NCBI GenBank assembly: GCA_010093995.1
Contig: ML992509.1
Location: forward strand, 1,263,850-1,327,849
DNA: 64,000 nucleotides
Source: Elsinoe ampelina
Taxonomy: Eukaryota
Direction of reading: 5' to 3'
Position numbers and translations under genes: made by a program. Of the stretch, positions 45,801 through 58,983 are shown in pieces (the stretch's first letter is position 1; each line of letters opens with the position of its first letter). The notes beneath the pieces are model-generated. The model worked only from the letters and a program-made list of their open reading frames with translations, was not told the DNA's origin and ran no database searches.

Positions 45801-46057
45801 TTGTCTAGGATGCCTTTGTATCTGTACGACTTCGAACCCATGAAGCAGAGATGCTCCAACGTATGCGGCGATCCAGAGTCATCGTGAATTTCGGTAGCAA
45901 GTGTGAAATACCCGTAAACCTTTGGCCCTTCTTGACTCGCGACTACAACTCTCATTCCGGTCCGGCTGGATTCATACTGTGTGACACTGATCGGAGCATA
46001 GTCGAGATCAAATCTCTGTATGAGCCGGAAATGGGATTGAATGGCTGCAGGGGACAT
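42866..46057 (-). CDS. M16 zinc metalloprotease (Sdd3/YOL098C-like, no presequence)
   Basis: GSPHTLEHLCFMGS, NAWTATDHTAYT, GVVYSEMQG and VRGTGLAYG. Exons 46057-43097 and 43045-42866 (acidic tail). Confidence 0.9.
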
Positions 46058-46471
46058 GATGCTGATACTAGGAGGCCTTCCTCTGCGATTTATTCTCGGT
46101 GCCTGCAGAAATAGACCTCGAATCGCTCTACGTGCGTTATGCGCCGTCCTCTCGGTGGCGCGCTGGACTGCTTGTATCTTCGTTCAAGAGGCGCAATCGA
46201 TGCTGAGCAGAATTTCGCGTGGTCAACAACGCCGCTGCTGGTATTCGCCTGGTATATCGCACTTGGACAGAGCTGAGGCACACTTTGAATCCAAGGTGAG
46301 GATTTCATGATCAAGTTTGCCCGTCCATCCAGGTGATGATGAGATTAGCCGCGCGCGGCAAACGCGGATCATTTCCGCGCTTGAAGCTACAATTCAATGT
46401 CGAGTTTCCCATTCCCAGCACTGACTTGGTATGCCTGGACCTACACATTTTGCCTTCCCTTTTGGCTCGAT

Positions 46472-49004
46472 ATGACAGACCCCGCGGCTGATGGCAACCT
46501 GGTCGAACCAATTGTCAATGCTGTCAAGTCGGGCTCATATCCGGATGCAGAAGTCGCTGCGGCAGATCTCTCGCCAGCTGTCTTCACGGAACTGAGCAAT
46601 GCTTTGCAGCAGGCCAACCAGGAAGTAGAGGTGTGTTGGACGTGTACTATGCATGCGCAGTTCTCATTGGTTGCAGATACAGGTCAAGTCTCTTAGCAGA
46701 GATGTTGCCCCGGATGTTGACGGCTGGATTGCTCGGGCGAACCAAGTACAACACGACATTCAGGAATCGAAAGCGACGGCGAGGAGCATAGTCGAGGCCG
46801 CCGAATCTCATAATACACTTCAAAGAGCGACCGAAGATGCAGCTCAGAAGGTCGACCTCCTGGAGAAAGAGCTTGCATTCAGCACGGCTCTCGAAGATGC
46901 TCTAAAGTACATTCAATCAGTAGCCAGACGTCTTGCGGATGCGAAAGAGAAAGTGGTTGGTAAACAGATCGCGCAAGCTTTCGGTGTGCTCGTGGAAACA
47001 CAGCGCGATCTGGACAAGCTGGAAAGTTCCTACTCCACGAATGCCAGTCGTGCCCTGTCTTCCCGGGCGTCTTCTATCAAAGAAGCCATAATACAAGCCT
47101 CCCGAGACCATGTCAGAACTTGCATAAGAGTAGTACCGGACGAATCATCGATTGATCTCGGCGCGAAAGAAGAGCAATATGGAGACGCCAGTCTGGACAG
47201 TTGTACGGATATTCTACGACGGACTGACTCACTACAGCCTGTCATTCAGGCGCTTCGTCGTGACCTGGAACGTACATTCTTCGAGTCTTGGTCGGTTCAA
47301 CCGCCTTCAGAAGGTATTGCAAGACTACAAACGACCGACAAACGGGCCTGGCTAAATCACGATTCCCGATCCGCAGACGTGAATGACTCGTTGGCCGATG
47401 CTGGTAGATTCGTCGGTTTTCTGCACACAGCCTTGCCGAAAGCCTTGCTAGATCCCATCGCTCATGACCTTCTACCGACCTTTTGGGAGACGCTTGAAAG
47501 GAATCGATTAAACTCCAGCGTACCTGTAGAGATTGACCAGCTTGGCTCCTTTGACGAGACCCTGACGGCTGTGAGCCGCTTCTCTCGAACAATTTCCACG
47601 ACTGAGTGGGCGGGGCATGACAAGGTACAGGATTGGATAGCAGCCGCTCCGCGGGTGTGGTTGTCCAGGCAGAAAGAGCACACACTAGAAGCCGTGAGGA
47701 ATTCACTCCTTGGGAACTTGCGGCAGTTGAAAGAGGCGGAGAAAGTGGAGGTCCAAGTGGTGGGAACAGCTGACGAAGGCGTTGACGAAGAAACTTGGGA
47801 CACGGAATGGAAGGAAGAAGAGGTACCGGCGGACGCAAGGAAGACCAAGAGTTCGGAAGAGACTGGAGTCGAAGATGATGACGCAAGCGCTTGGGACGTA
47901 GACGAGGACAAAGCAGTCAAAGCTAATGGTGATGTGAAAAGCTCAGCCGACGACGATGACGATAGTGCGTGGGGTTGGGGTGAAGGTCAAGAGGCGAGCC
48001 CCGTCAAGACCAAAGATGAACCGAAATCACCCAGAGCAACCAAGAAGAGCAACGAGATCACTCTTCGAGAGGTGTACACCGTGACTGGAGTGCCTGACGC
48101 ACTGTTCGCCGAATGCTCGAAGGTCCTGATCAAAGCCAAGCTGCTGTCAGGAGAGCAATTCTCATCATCTGCCATTGCTCCCGGCATCACTGGACTCTCG
48201 GGCATACCAACCTTAGCCACCGCATTATACCGAGCTCTGGCATTGACAACCTATGACAAAGTCGACAATGGGAAAGTACTCCTTTACAATGACTCGATGC
48301 GGATGGCCGATCTACTGCGGAGCCTTGTGGACGGCAAAGCAGACGTCAGCTCACAGATTGATCTGGCCGAATCTTTGAAGAGGAAGCTCACCCAGGACGT
48401 TATTGCTTTTGAGCGTTTCGGCAAGGTGTCATACGGCGCGGAAATGGAATCACAGAAGACTGTCATCCGAGACTTGATGGATGGAGCACAAGGCTTCTCG
48501 AATTGTACCACACCGCCCTACACTTCGGAATGCGACGATGCAGTCCAAGGGGCTATCGACCGAATCTCAGCGGTCCACTCTCAGTGGTCTGGCATTCTCT
48601 CAAAGTCTGCCTTGAAGCAGGCTACGGGGTCTCTGCTGGGGACAGCTACCTCAAAGTTCATGGTCGATATTCAAGAGCTGTCAGACATTGGTGAGGTCGA
48701 GTCGAAGCAGCTGCTTGGGTATGTGAAAAGCATATCCACTCTCAGCAGTCTATTCGAGGAGCGACATGCCCAGAACGGGGAAGTCAGGGATATGACACCC
48801 TTGTACTGCTCGAATTGGCTCAAGTTTCAGTATCTTGGCGAGATTCTTGATGGCAGCCTGGCTGATATCAAGTACTTGTGGACAGAAGGTGAATTGAGTT
48901 TGGAGTTTGATGCAAGCGAGGTGATCGACCTGATTGAGGCTCTTTTCGCAGATAGTGAACACAGACGCAAGGCAATTGCAGAGGTCAAGGGCAGTCGAAG
49001 ATAG
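46472..49004 (+). CDS. Zw10/Dsl1-family tethering-complex subunit
   Basis: Exon 46472-46630, intron ending at 46676 or 46682, then a long ORF. Acidic Trp-rich lasso (WDTEW, AWD, AWGWG) and C-terminal WLKFQYLGEILDGSLADIKYLW...LIEALFADS. Confidence 0.87.
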
Positions 49005-49134
49005 AGGATGGTCCGATAAGAGCGATACCCATGTACAATCAAAGCAACGTGTCTTGTATCATACCCGACACTGGCCACTGTCGTGAAAGTATTATGAATT
49101 AACATTACTACTTCTCTGCATAAATAAACATTGC

Positions 49135-51286
49135 TCAATCAACCTCCTTCATCGGGTCACTGCTTGAACTGCAGCTGCGCAATGTGCTCTCCTCGCTGTC
49201 TACCTCCTTCTTTCCATACACTACGCGGTCGTCGTAATATCTCCCATCCGCACTTTCGTCGTCATCTTCGTCATCGTCGCCAATGTAGAACGCTTCCTCT
49301 CTTTCCTCGGCCGTCGCCGCCCTGACGAACCCACCCCTTCTATCATTACCACCCTTCTTCCTCAGCACGAGCAACACAACCAACAGCACAGCCAAGGTCC
49401 CTGCCACACCCACCCCGGCACCGGCAGCGGCAGCGACAGGCGGACTCGCCTCCTTCAACCCCCCCTTGACATCATCCCACTTGGCATGAAACCTTCCCAA
49501 GACACCACCACTCCTCCTTCCCCAAGCCCGGCACTCCCTAGTCCACCTCGCCAACTCCTCCTGATCCGGCAGATCCTCAGGACCATACACGCTGAAATCA
49601 ACCATATCCACCGTCCTACTCCTCCCAAGAACCACCTCGCCCTCCCCAACAGCAAGCACCATGACCCGCCTCGTGCCCCTCCCAACAAACACCGACGTCT
49701 CAAACCCCTCCCTATCCGTCCTCGCCCAGAAATCCTCCATCCCCAACTCCTCTCCCGTCGAATTACTCGCCAGCACAACCCACCCCTCGACCTCGGTCGC
49801 GCCGTTCCAGCTAAAATACACCGTGTCGTTCCCCCTCGCGGCCCCGCTCTTATCCCTGAGCGGGATGTGGAACGCCGAACTGACTTCGTTGAAAGCGTAC
49901 TCCTTCCTCGGCCCGGGCGCAATCTTGGGGCTCGTCCGCGGTCGGCCCGTGAAGTTTAACTTTTGCGAGCGGTAGTTGTCTGGACTCCACCTGTTCAGGC
50001 CTGGGGGCGAGAAGGCGACGTCCCATACTACGCGGCCGTCGGGCGTGAATTCGGTGAAGGAGGGGTACATGCCCCAGCCTACGAGGGCGTTGGGGCCCGA
50101 GGCGGAGGGGCCGTCGTGGAGGAGTTGCATGCTGCCTTCGCGGTAGGGGCGGGCGAGGATCGGGGAGAGGTATTCGTGGGCGAGGGTGGCAGTGTGGTTG
50201 TACGTGTCCAGGTGGATGATGGCACCGCGGGCTGAAGACTGTCGCGGGTCGCGGTGGAAGCCGGTGTTGCGGTTGTCGAAGAGGGAGAGGGTGGTGAGGG
50301 TGTCGTCGGTCCAGCGGGCGTGGTGTTGCCAGGAGAAATCGGTGGCGTAGCCGTCGGAGAGATCGCGGAACATGTTCTTCTTGCCCCCGAGCTGCCAGAT
50401 GACGTGGCCGTTGTGGCCGGAGACGTAGTAGATGGTGTGCATGTGGCGAGATGAGACGAGGTAGTTCCCGCGGTGGTCTTTCTGGATTGAGTTGATATGG
50501 AACCAGTCGAAGCCGGCGTTGGAAGCGTGGCCTTCGCCGAGAATGGTAGAGTTCCAGTAGGTATCCTCGATTGGGACATGCTCGGTAGCGTTCCATTGGA
50601 AGATGAGGCTGTTGGTTGCAATGTCGACTTCCTGGAAGAAGGAATCGAGGACGTATTCTGTCGACACATTGTCGAGCGTGACATTGCGAGGACTGTTGCG
50701 GTAGACTGGGAAGATGGCGGTGCATTGTGGTGTAATGTACAACTCGTGTGCATCTGCGTACGTGAAGTCGCCTTGTGCAGAAATGTTGTACTTGACATCA
50801 TAGTTCTCGTCGAGCTCGCCCCAATCAGTACATATTGCCTTTAATGGAGCTGCAAAGACGTACAAGAAAGTGGTTCCCCTTCTTCCATCCATCGGCGCCG
50901 AATCCAGACCAAAGAGTGATATATTGCGTATTGTTGCACTCTTGAACGGCAGCTCCGAGAGTATCCCACGAGAGTCGGGGGCCATACCATACAACAGACA
51001 TGTCCTCGGCGTTCAGTAGCATTGGGTTCGACCTCGGTAAGCGATATCCATATGGTGTTACCATGACATGCTTGCTAGGCGAGACTCCAGGCTGTGGCGA
51101 TACCACAACATTCGGCACTGGAGGACCCCAGAAGGCTGGCTCCGAGATAAAGTGCTGGCGAGTATAGTTGCCCCATTTCTTCTTCGCGTAGTCGGTATCG
51201 TTCTGGAAAGCTGGAAAGTCGGCGAGAACGTGTGAGGCGAAAGAAAACAAAGACAACGCTGGTGCTAAAAGGTGAAGAGAACGCAT
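49135..51286 (-). CDS. Arylsulfotransferase (ASST-domain) protein with signal peptide and C-terminal TM anchor
   Basis: Exons 51286-50864 and 50814-49135. Motifs DAHE, FDWFHINSI, YLVSSRH, FSWQHHARW and LFDN; hydrophobic C-terminal segment. Confidence 0.87.
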
Positions 51287-51942
51287 GTTGGAATGAATGA
51301 CTGTAGTTGGATATGCAGATGCACGCCACACAAGAGGACACACCTCGACCAACCCTGACTAGACAAGTGCAGGGTGCCTGCCATTATATGAGATGAGGTG
51401 TGCCGCTTGCTTACGTGCGTGTCTAATTATCAACCGCGTGCGAGATTAGATACTCGTCGGCCGTTGCAAAACAGCTTTCGAGGTCGGCGTTGAGGTCCAG
51501 TGCACTCCTTGTGAAATGGAGTCGCGTATCTTCTTGGATGCGTGTGGGTGACGAATCCAAGGCTGACACGAATGGATCTGGTGCTGTACCAAGTAACTTG
51601 ATGATGAACATGATGGTCTTGATGCAGCTACCGTATGGCGCAGATGGGGATGAAGCCGAGAAGGCAAAAGTCTCAACGGTTCAGGAGAAGGACAAAGACG
51701 CGGGGTCTGCTCTCCGGCATAACGTTTCTCTTGGCTTCATTATTACGCCATACGTGAGGGAACGTGATGGACAACATGTGGTCATTGCATGATTGCAGGC
51801 ATCGTGTCATACAACGTCTGCAGACACTACGGATCGGTGGACATGTGCTGGGCGGAACTTGAGTCTCTACATGATATGCACAGAGAGCCCGAGTATAGAC
51901 ACCTCAGGTACAACTTGTAATATATTCCTACCACTTCTGACT

Positions 51943-53571
51943 CTACGCCACCTTCGGTCTATGCACAAACCTATATCTCACCCAGCCATCAATGTCCTCG
52001 GTATACTCCTCCCTCACCAGCTCATACTTCCCGATCTCCGGCAAGACGATCGCCCAAACAAGCCAATACACGCCTCCAGCCAGAATAATCGCCCACCCAA
52101 CCACACAATGCAGGTAGTACGGCAACGTCTCATAAATCTCATTCCCATCAGTCGGCGGCACAAAAGGCGCAATGACCAGATACACATTGCTGAGGAAGAA
52201 GAACACGGCCACCGGCAACGTAGCCTTGAACGGCGGTGACCAATTCCACTCCTTCTTGTGCAAGTAGAGATAGATCAACCCCAGCGCAACGAAAGTATTG
52301 ACAATAGCCAACGGGTAAGAAATGACGTTCAAGATAAAGTTGTACGCATCACCCGGCGGCGGCGCCAGCATGATGATGACCGAGACAAGCCAGTGCTCGA
52401 ACAGCCCGGCCAACGGGGCATTGAAAGGCTTGTTACTCGCCCAGAACCTCGAGTAGGGCAGGATACCCTCACGACCGAGTTCCTGCACCAGCCTGCCTTG
52501 CGAGAAGATGACGGAGAGGACGTTCCCGAACGCAGACAGCGCGACGAAGACGGACATGGCGCGCTCGGCTCTGGCGCCGAAGACGTTGCGGAAGAAGCTG
52601 GCAGCCAGGATGCGGCCAGAGGAGAGGATCTCGTCCTTGGGCACGGCGGCGAAGTAGGCGATGTTGACGAGCATGTACAGCACCGCGACGCTGGTGAGGG
52701 CGAGAGGGGCGGCGATTTTAAGGGTCTTGACGGGGTTCTTGGTCTCGCTGAGTGCGTAGTTGGCGTTGCTGTAGCCGATGTAGGACCAGATGACGTTGTA
52801 CAGGGCGGTGACGACGCCGTACGCGCTGCCCGTGGTGCCTTCGAAGGCGTTGCTGAAGTTGTCTGGTTTTTCGATCTTGAGGGCACCGCCCAGGGCGGCC
52901 CAGCCGGCGACGACGATGATGAGGATGATGATGATCTTGATTATGCCGAGGACGTTTTGGAGGCGGAGACCCCATTTGAGGGCGAGGCCGTGGATGAGGA
53001 AGGCGGCAGTAATGCAGGCGAGGCCGACGCCGCGCTGGTTCCACCGGTTGACTTCTACGTTGGCAGCGTGGAGGATGTACTCGCCGAAGACGACCGAGTT
53101 GGAGCCGGCCCAGCCAAGGAGGAGGACGTAGCCGGTGTACAGACCAGTCGCGAGGAATCTTGGCTTCCGGAAGACATGCTCCAAGTAGTTCTTCTCCCCT
53201 CCATTCTTTGGGATGGCAGTTCCAAACTCCAGGTAGACAGCCATACCAGCAGCAGCGATAAGCATACCAGCTACCCACATGAACAATGACAGTCCGACAC
53301 TTCCAGTCAAGGATAGAATACCGCTAGGCGTCGCAAAGATACCAGTGCCAATCATGCGATTGAAGATAAGGAACGTGGCAGAGGTGATGCCAATCTGGCG
53401 CTTCGTTTCTTGCAAGAAGCCATTGCTGTATTCTGTCCCGATATCAGTCACTACTCCGCCAGCAATCTTATCACAGTACTCACGACTCTCATCATTCTCG
53501 CCGGTAGCCTTGACCCCCCGATCAGAATCGGAAACACTGACTTCTCTCTGACCAAACGCTTTCAACACCAT
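51943..53571 (-). CDS. MUP1: High-affinity methionine permease (LAT/APC family)
   Basis: FNRMIGTGIFATP, IPKNGGEKNYL, WSYIGYSNANY and PPPGDAYNF; likely start ATG 53571. Confidence 0.88.
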   Translation of the reverse strand: MVLKAFGQREVSVSDSDRGVKATGENDESREYCDKIAGGVVTDIGTEYSNGFLQETKRQIGITSATFLIFNRMIGTGIFATPSGILSLTGSVGLSLFMWVAGMLIAAAGMAVYLEFGTAIPKNGGEKNYLEHVFRKPRFLATGLYTGYVLLLGWAGSNSVVFGEYILHAANVEVNRWNQRGVGLACITAAFLIHGLALKWGLRLQNVLGIIKIIIILIIVVAGWAALGGALKIEKPDNFSNAFEGTTGSAYGVVTALYNVIWSYIGYSNANYALSETKNPVKTLKIAAPLALTSVAVLYMLVNIAYFAAVPKDEILSSGRILAASFFRNVFGARAERAMSVFVALSAFGNVLSVIFSQGRLVQELGREGILPYSRFWASNKPFNAPLAGLFEHWLVSVIIMLAPPPGDAYNFILNVISYPLAIVNTFVALGLIYLYLHKKEWNWSPPFKATLPVAVFFFLSNVYLVIAPFVPPTDGNEIYETLPYYLHCVVGWAIILAGGVYWLVWAIVLPEIGKYELVREEYTEDIDGWVRYRFVHRPKVA

Positions 53572-54179
53572 CGTGGCTACACTCTCTGATGTCTCTTCTA
53601 ATATACTGAAACTGGAAGTATACCTCACCTCATGCCACCGGGCATACCAACCATCTTTAACCCCCCTCCCACCTCCAATCAAATATCACGCATCCACACC
53701 CACTGAATGTCAAATATCCGCCAAGCCTTCCGTCATGCAGGATACACACGGCAAAGAACGGGCCATTACGAAAGATTTTTTACTCCAATAGTCCTTGCGT
53801 AAGCTTGTTTCGGAGAGAAGAAGCCAGAATTAGTGCTCGTTGTGGGTGAGGTTGGGCGGGATGGACGAGCACGCCATACAGAATTCTTCGCGGAGGTCGG
53901 AACTGGATCGGAGTTCCAGAGACGGGTCGGTCACGTGATGGTGCCGGCGTTGGACTTCCCCTGAATGTTTCGCGGGACGGTCGAACTGTTGCTATCTCGG
54001 CTCGGTCGGTCGAACTGCACGTTTGGACTTCATCTCGCTCGGGGTAGGAGTGTTGCTGCCGCTGCCGAAGCAGGGAATAATCGCGTGTATTTTCATATTT
54101 GTATCTAAGCCGAAGTGAGAAGCCCCTCAGGATAATGTACTCCACCAAATGCCACAGATTGGTATAATGCGCTGCGTCA

Positions 54180-57117
54180 TCACTCTTCCACCACTTCCAT
54201 CCTGCCTTTGCCCTTGTCAATTGTCCCGTTCGCGCCCTCATGCTTCTCGCCTCCCTCGTCCGCGCAGTCCGCTTTATGCACACTTCTAAAATACCCTCCT
54301 TCCTCTTCATCCACATCTTCCACGACTTCCATCCCTTCACTGACAGGACTGAAGGCTTCCACTTCTTCAACCTCCTCTTCCTCCTCGACTGTCAATCCCA
54401 TACCTCCGTCGTCCACTACAGCGACTTCCTCGCCCTCGTCCTCTTCTTCTTCCGTGATCGTCACAGCAGAAGCCATCCCAACAATCTCCACGGATTGCCG
54501 TTTCCTGCTCCCTTCTCTGCTTCCTGCAGATGAAGCAGTGGGTGTAACGTTCCGTGTCCCAGAAGTGCTACTTCTAGGACTTCCGCCCACACTACCTAGC
54601 GTGGGACCCTTGAAGACCTTTCGCTTCTGTCTCGCAAACACAGCGTGCATGCCTGGACTGCTAGGCCCGATTGCGCCACCCGACGGCGCTGTCAGGGAAG
54701 CCATGTCTGCGAAGGTAGGAAGTGAGCCTAGAGCCCCTGGAGGGCCACGGCGTTGAACACGGATGCTAGGTGGAAGGGTGACGGTCGTGGGAGATGCAGG
54801 GAGAATCTTGACTGAGGCGTGAGGCGAAGGACCGGAACGGGATCCTGGTGGGTTGGAGAGATTGGGAGAGGCGATGGAGTTGGATGCGGACGAGGTAGAC
54901 GATGCTTTACTGTGCGAGATGCCGGACGGATGCGTGAGATGAATGCTTCGCACTGAGGAGACAGAGGATGAGGTCGACTTGCGCCCTCCCAGCCCCGAGC
55001 GCCGGCGGTAGGCGGTCGATCCTGGGGTCATGGGTTGTGGCGACAATGACAAGCGCTTGGCTTGCGCTCGTGTCATGCCCGAGTGGTTCGAGCCGTTTGA
55101 AGAGGTGGTGGATAGCCGTGGACGTGCAGGCACAGTCTGTCGTGTATGCAGCTCTGGACGGGGTTGTGAATGTTCTGCCTTCCTCATCTCTAGAATCTGC
55201 GCCGTCGACGATCTACGAAGTGCTGTTGGCGTTCCTTCTCGCCCCAGATCACCCATGCTCTGTGCACCCTTCTGAGTAGAGCCGGGCGATTTGACCTTTC
55301 GCGCTGGGTCGCGGAACCACGCTTTTATCGTGGCTAACTGATCTCTGAAAGTCAGCTGATACAGCTTCTTACGCTTCTGTGCCGCGTTCGATGCCGATAG
55401 TAGATCTGGATTGGGATGTCCGCTTCGGAGCATACTGCTGCTGTGTCGGGACGCTGCTCTGGGGCGTCTACTGAATTCCTTCGGTGGTGGTGCTGGTCGT
55501 CGTCTTGTTGAGCTTGTAGATCTGGCTGGATCCTTGACTATCGGTGGAGGAGGCTCTGGTGTCGGTGTTCGCTGTTCCGTGACATTTGGTAGGTCTGGCT
55601 TTAGAGTGGCTAACGCATGTCAGCGGGTCAGCCTTTCTGATTGCAAGATTGAACTTACAGCTTGCGTTTGATCTTGCTGGTTTACGCCCCCTAGGCTTGG
55701 GAGGATTTCCCAGCAAGACAGTGGTTTGTTCCTCCTCATTGATTTCTCGCAGACTTGGTGGTCCGAGCAGTCGTCCGCTGGCGGCGCTCAACCGTCGCAA
55801 AGCCTTCTCTTCCCTCTCTTTCTCCCTTCGTTTCCGCTCCCTCCGCTTCGCCTTCCGCTCCTCCTTCTCCATCAGAAGTGCCCACCATCCGGCAAGACCG
55901 TCGCATCTCTGAGCAAGCACGTGCTCAATTACCATGTCGATGTCAACTCCGGCGCTACGCATTCTGTCCAATGTCTCCCTCTCGAGTTGCGTAGAGAAAG
56001 GTGGAGGCTGCTGAAGCTTGAGAATCTCCTGTTGCTGCGGCGCGTGGTCACCTAGCCACGGATGGCGCAAGATGTCTGGTAAGCTGGGTCGCAGAAGCGG
56101 TCGTTTTGACAGTAGCTTCGATGTCAGGTCCTTTGCGCCTTCCGGGAAGTGGTCCGGATATTTCGGCTCCTCCTTGAGTATCCGCGTTTTGGTGATACTG
56201 TCATCGTCGTCGTCGAAGGGAAGTTCGCCTACCAATAACGCATAGAGGATGATACCAAGACTCCACACATCAACCTTTTCGCCGGCATACTTCTCCCCTT
56301 TGATCATCTCTGGCGCACTGTAGGCGATTGTCCCGCACCATGTCTGAAGATAGCTCGTCGTGCCTGCGTACTCTCTCGTGAAACCAAAATCGACCAGCTT
56401 GACGCTTCCATGCTTATCAAGAAGTATGTTTTCCAGCTTGAGATCCCTGTGAACGCATCCCTTCATGTGCACGTATGATACCGCTCCGACCAGTTGTGTG
56501 AAGATTTTCTGGACTTGCGACTCCTTCATGCGCCCAAAGTTGAGCAAATGGTTGTATAACTCATCTCCTTTCCGACTTGTCAGTCCAAGCTCATTCTTAT
56601 ACTCGTCTCGACTTGCCTGGACACCACTCCAACACCAGCCATACCAGATTCTCCGTCACTATAACTTCATATAAGCGGGCGATGTGCGGATGGACGAATT
56701 GTCGGTGATGGTGGATCTCTCGAGCAAGATTGGGATCGTCCTTCTTCGCCGACTTGAGTACGACCTGTGTATCCTTGTAAGCCAGCTATTCAGCCCGTCT
56801 CTTGTCCTTTCGCGCAAACCTTTGATCCATTGGTGAGCTTGTGAGAGGCGAGGTAAACCTTGCCGAAAGAGCCTTTTCCAATAAGTCGACCGACAGTGTA
56901 ATTGCCAACAGTCCGGAGATCCTTTGAGTTGAATTCACTTGTGTGGGATCAGCGCTAGAAGTCAACCCGTAGTTGAATCGCTTACGTCAAGAGTTCCTGG
57001 TAGGAATTGGCGAGCTATTGCGGTCTCAGCATGGTTTATCCTCTGTTTCAGCCCGATCCTGCATACCTTGTCTCTTTGTCCTTGAAGCCCTGCCAATCCT
57101 CGACCTCCTGGTGGCAT
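54180..57117 (-). CDS. CAMKL-type Ser/Thr protein kinase (Ppk16-like)
   Basis: Six exons from ATG 57117. Spliced product has GRLIGKGSFGKV, LAREIHHHRQF, HRDLKLEN, DFG and WCGTIAYSAPE, then a long Ser-rich tail. One GC-AG intron at 56616-56568. Confidence 0.88.
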
Positions 57118-57611
57118 ACGTCCACGGCGAAGCGCCTATCTAGGTCGCGTGCGTACTCGCTCAGACGGTTCGCCGCGCAACAGCCGGAGCTTCAGGAAGA
57201 TGAGATGATGTATGGTCGGACAGTCATTCCAATCCAGGAAGGGCGTATCGCATGAGATTGGGCGCGGAACTTGATGGCAGGGAATGTCGATTGGCAGTCT
57301 AGACCTCGATCTATTTTGCAGGTGTGTACGAATAACTTAGGATGTTCGAGTCTGTGCCCGTTGTCCAACTCATTTCCAAGAATGCAACAGCTTCAATCAA
57401 AACGCGGCTCTGCGCACATGGGACTTGGCGAAGATCCGGGGTTCGTAAGGGCAATTGCACGATCATGCTTTTCGTACCTGAATTTTCGTCATGAACCATT
57501 GGATTCAAATACTTTAGCTCATGAAATGCTGTCAGGTCGTACATGACTGACGCCACGAGGCCATTGCACGTAGTCATAGCCTTTTCTCATGGCTTTCCTC
57601 GCCGAACTTCA

Positions 57612-58983
57612 TCATTGTCGACCCGCGACGCCCCACTTTTCCCACAGAGGTCCAAGTCTCTGCTTTGCTCTTGTCGAGATACAGAGCGTGGCGTCCAGCT
57701 TCTGTATGCTCTCATCGCCAATTAGGCTCAATGCTGCCAATCCCAGGTAACTGTGATACACATCGGGCAGCTCACCGGCATGCTTGCCAAATCCACCCAA
57801 GGCTGGATGCGCCGTCCTTTCCAGCAACCACTTTCTCAACCTCTCCTTCTCCAACAGATGCCCAGCATCCAATAGGTGTAGAGCTCCCCCAACCCAGAAC
57901 GCGTAGCAGGTATCGGCAATCTTGTTCGGCCGTCCGTTCATGCCCACCCAATCAAGGGCGAAAGACCTTGTTGGCCGCGACGCAAAGGATAGCTTACCCG
58001 TCTCGGTAGCAAGCTGACTTGGAGAGAGGAAGGTATGGGCATCGTGGCAAGTCTCCGGGGTATCCGTCTCGTCCTGCCGGGTGTCGAACGAGTCATCTTC
58101 GGTTATGGTCGCGGTTTGACGAGACACAAGCCATTGTATAGTCGAGTTCGGAGATGACGGACCAGTTGGTTTCGTGCCCGAATGACCGGATGTACTCAGG
58201 CGACCCAGGAACGAAAGTGCACCCAATCCACAATAAGTGTATCCCGCATGAGGTTCGTGGAATGGCGAATCAGATATGCCGCCGTCATATGACTACGTAA
58301 GACTTGTCAGAGATTGTGCAGCACAGCGGAGAGCGTCTGATTGCCAGAGTACCTACTTCAGCCGAGCATATACACTCGACAAGCTGATCCACTTTGATAT
58401 CACGGGCATGTCCCTGACCCTGCTGCGGATGACCTGCCAGCATATACCGGATTCCAGATGCGCAGTATCCGAAACGAGAGTCTTTACCGCCTTGAATGTT
58501 GCCGGCGACTATGGTCTCCCCAAAGCTACCATCCTCTCGTTGCAGTTGCGGGATCCAGTCCAAACACTTGTCTCGTTCGAGCCTCGAAAAGTCATCATTG
58601 AGAATAAGGAGTAGGCAGAGGGCAAAATATGTAGCGGGGAGATTGGCCGGATCCCATTGGGCATTTTCGTCGTTTCTCCTTTCGCCAAAGTCAGATCCAG
58701 GGAAACCGCGGAAGCCACCATGGGGATGTTGATTTTGATATATCCAGTCCAGGTAGTCTGCTCGTTCTTGCGGGGATGTGTTGCTTTCAAGTGTGTCGAG
58801 TAGATCTAGGGCAGCGACTATGAAAAAGGCCAGACTGAGGCGGTTACTGTCGTTGGATGTGTAGGGTTGCGGTAAATATGTCTTCAAGCATCGCAGGAAA
58901 TATTTCGTGTGTCGCTTCCCATCGAGTTGCGGGGTATCATTCATTGAAACATGAGATGCGGCCGTTACCTGAGGAGCTGACAT
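57612..58983 (-). CDS. CDC43: Geranylgeranyltransferase type-I beta subunit
   Basis: Exons 58983-58357 and 58292-57612. LPQPYTSNDSNR, EPHAGYTYC, GRPNKIADTCYAFW and PDVYHSYLGLAAL. Confidence 0.92.

Noticed and set aside
52258..53289. 343-aa antisense ORF over the methionine permease, and similar shadow ORFs elsewhere
   Set aside because: Explained by the C/G-ending codon bias of the real gene on the other strand.
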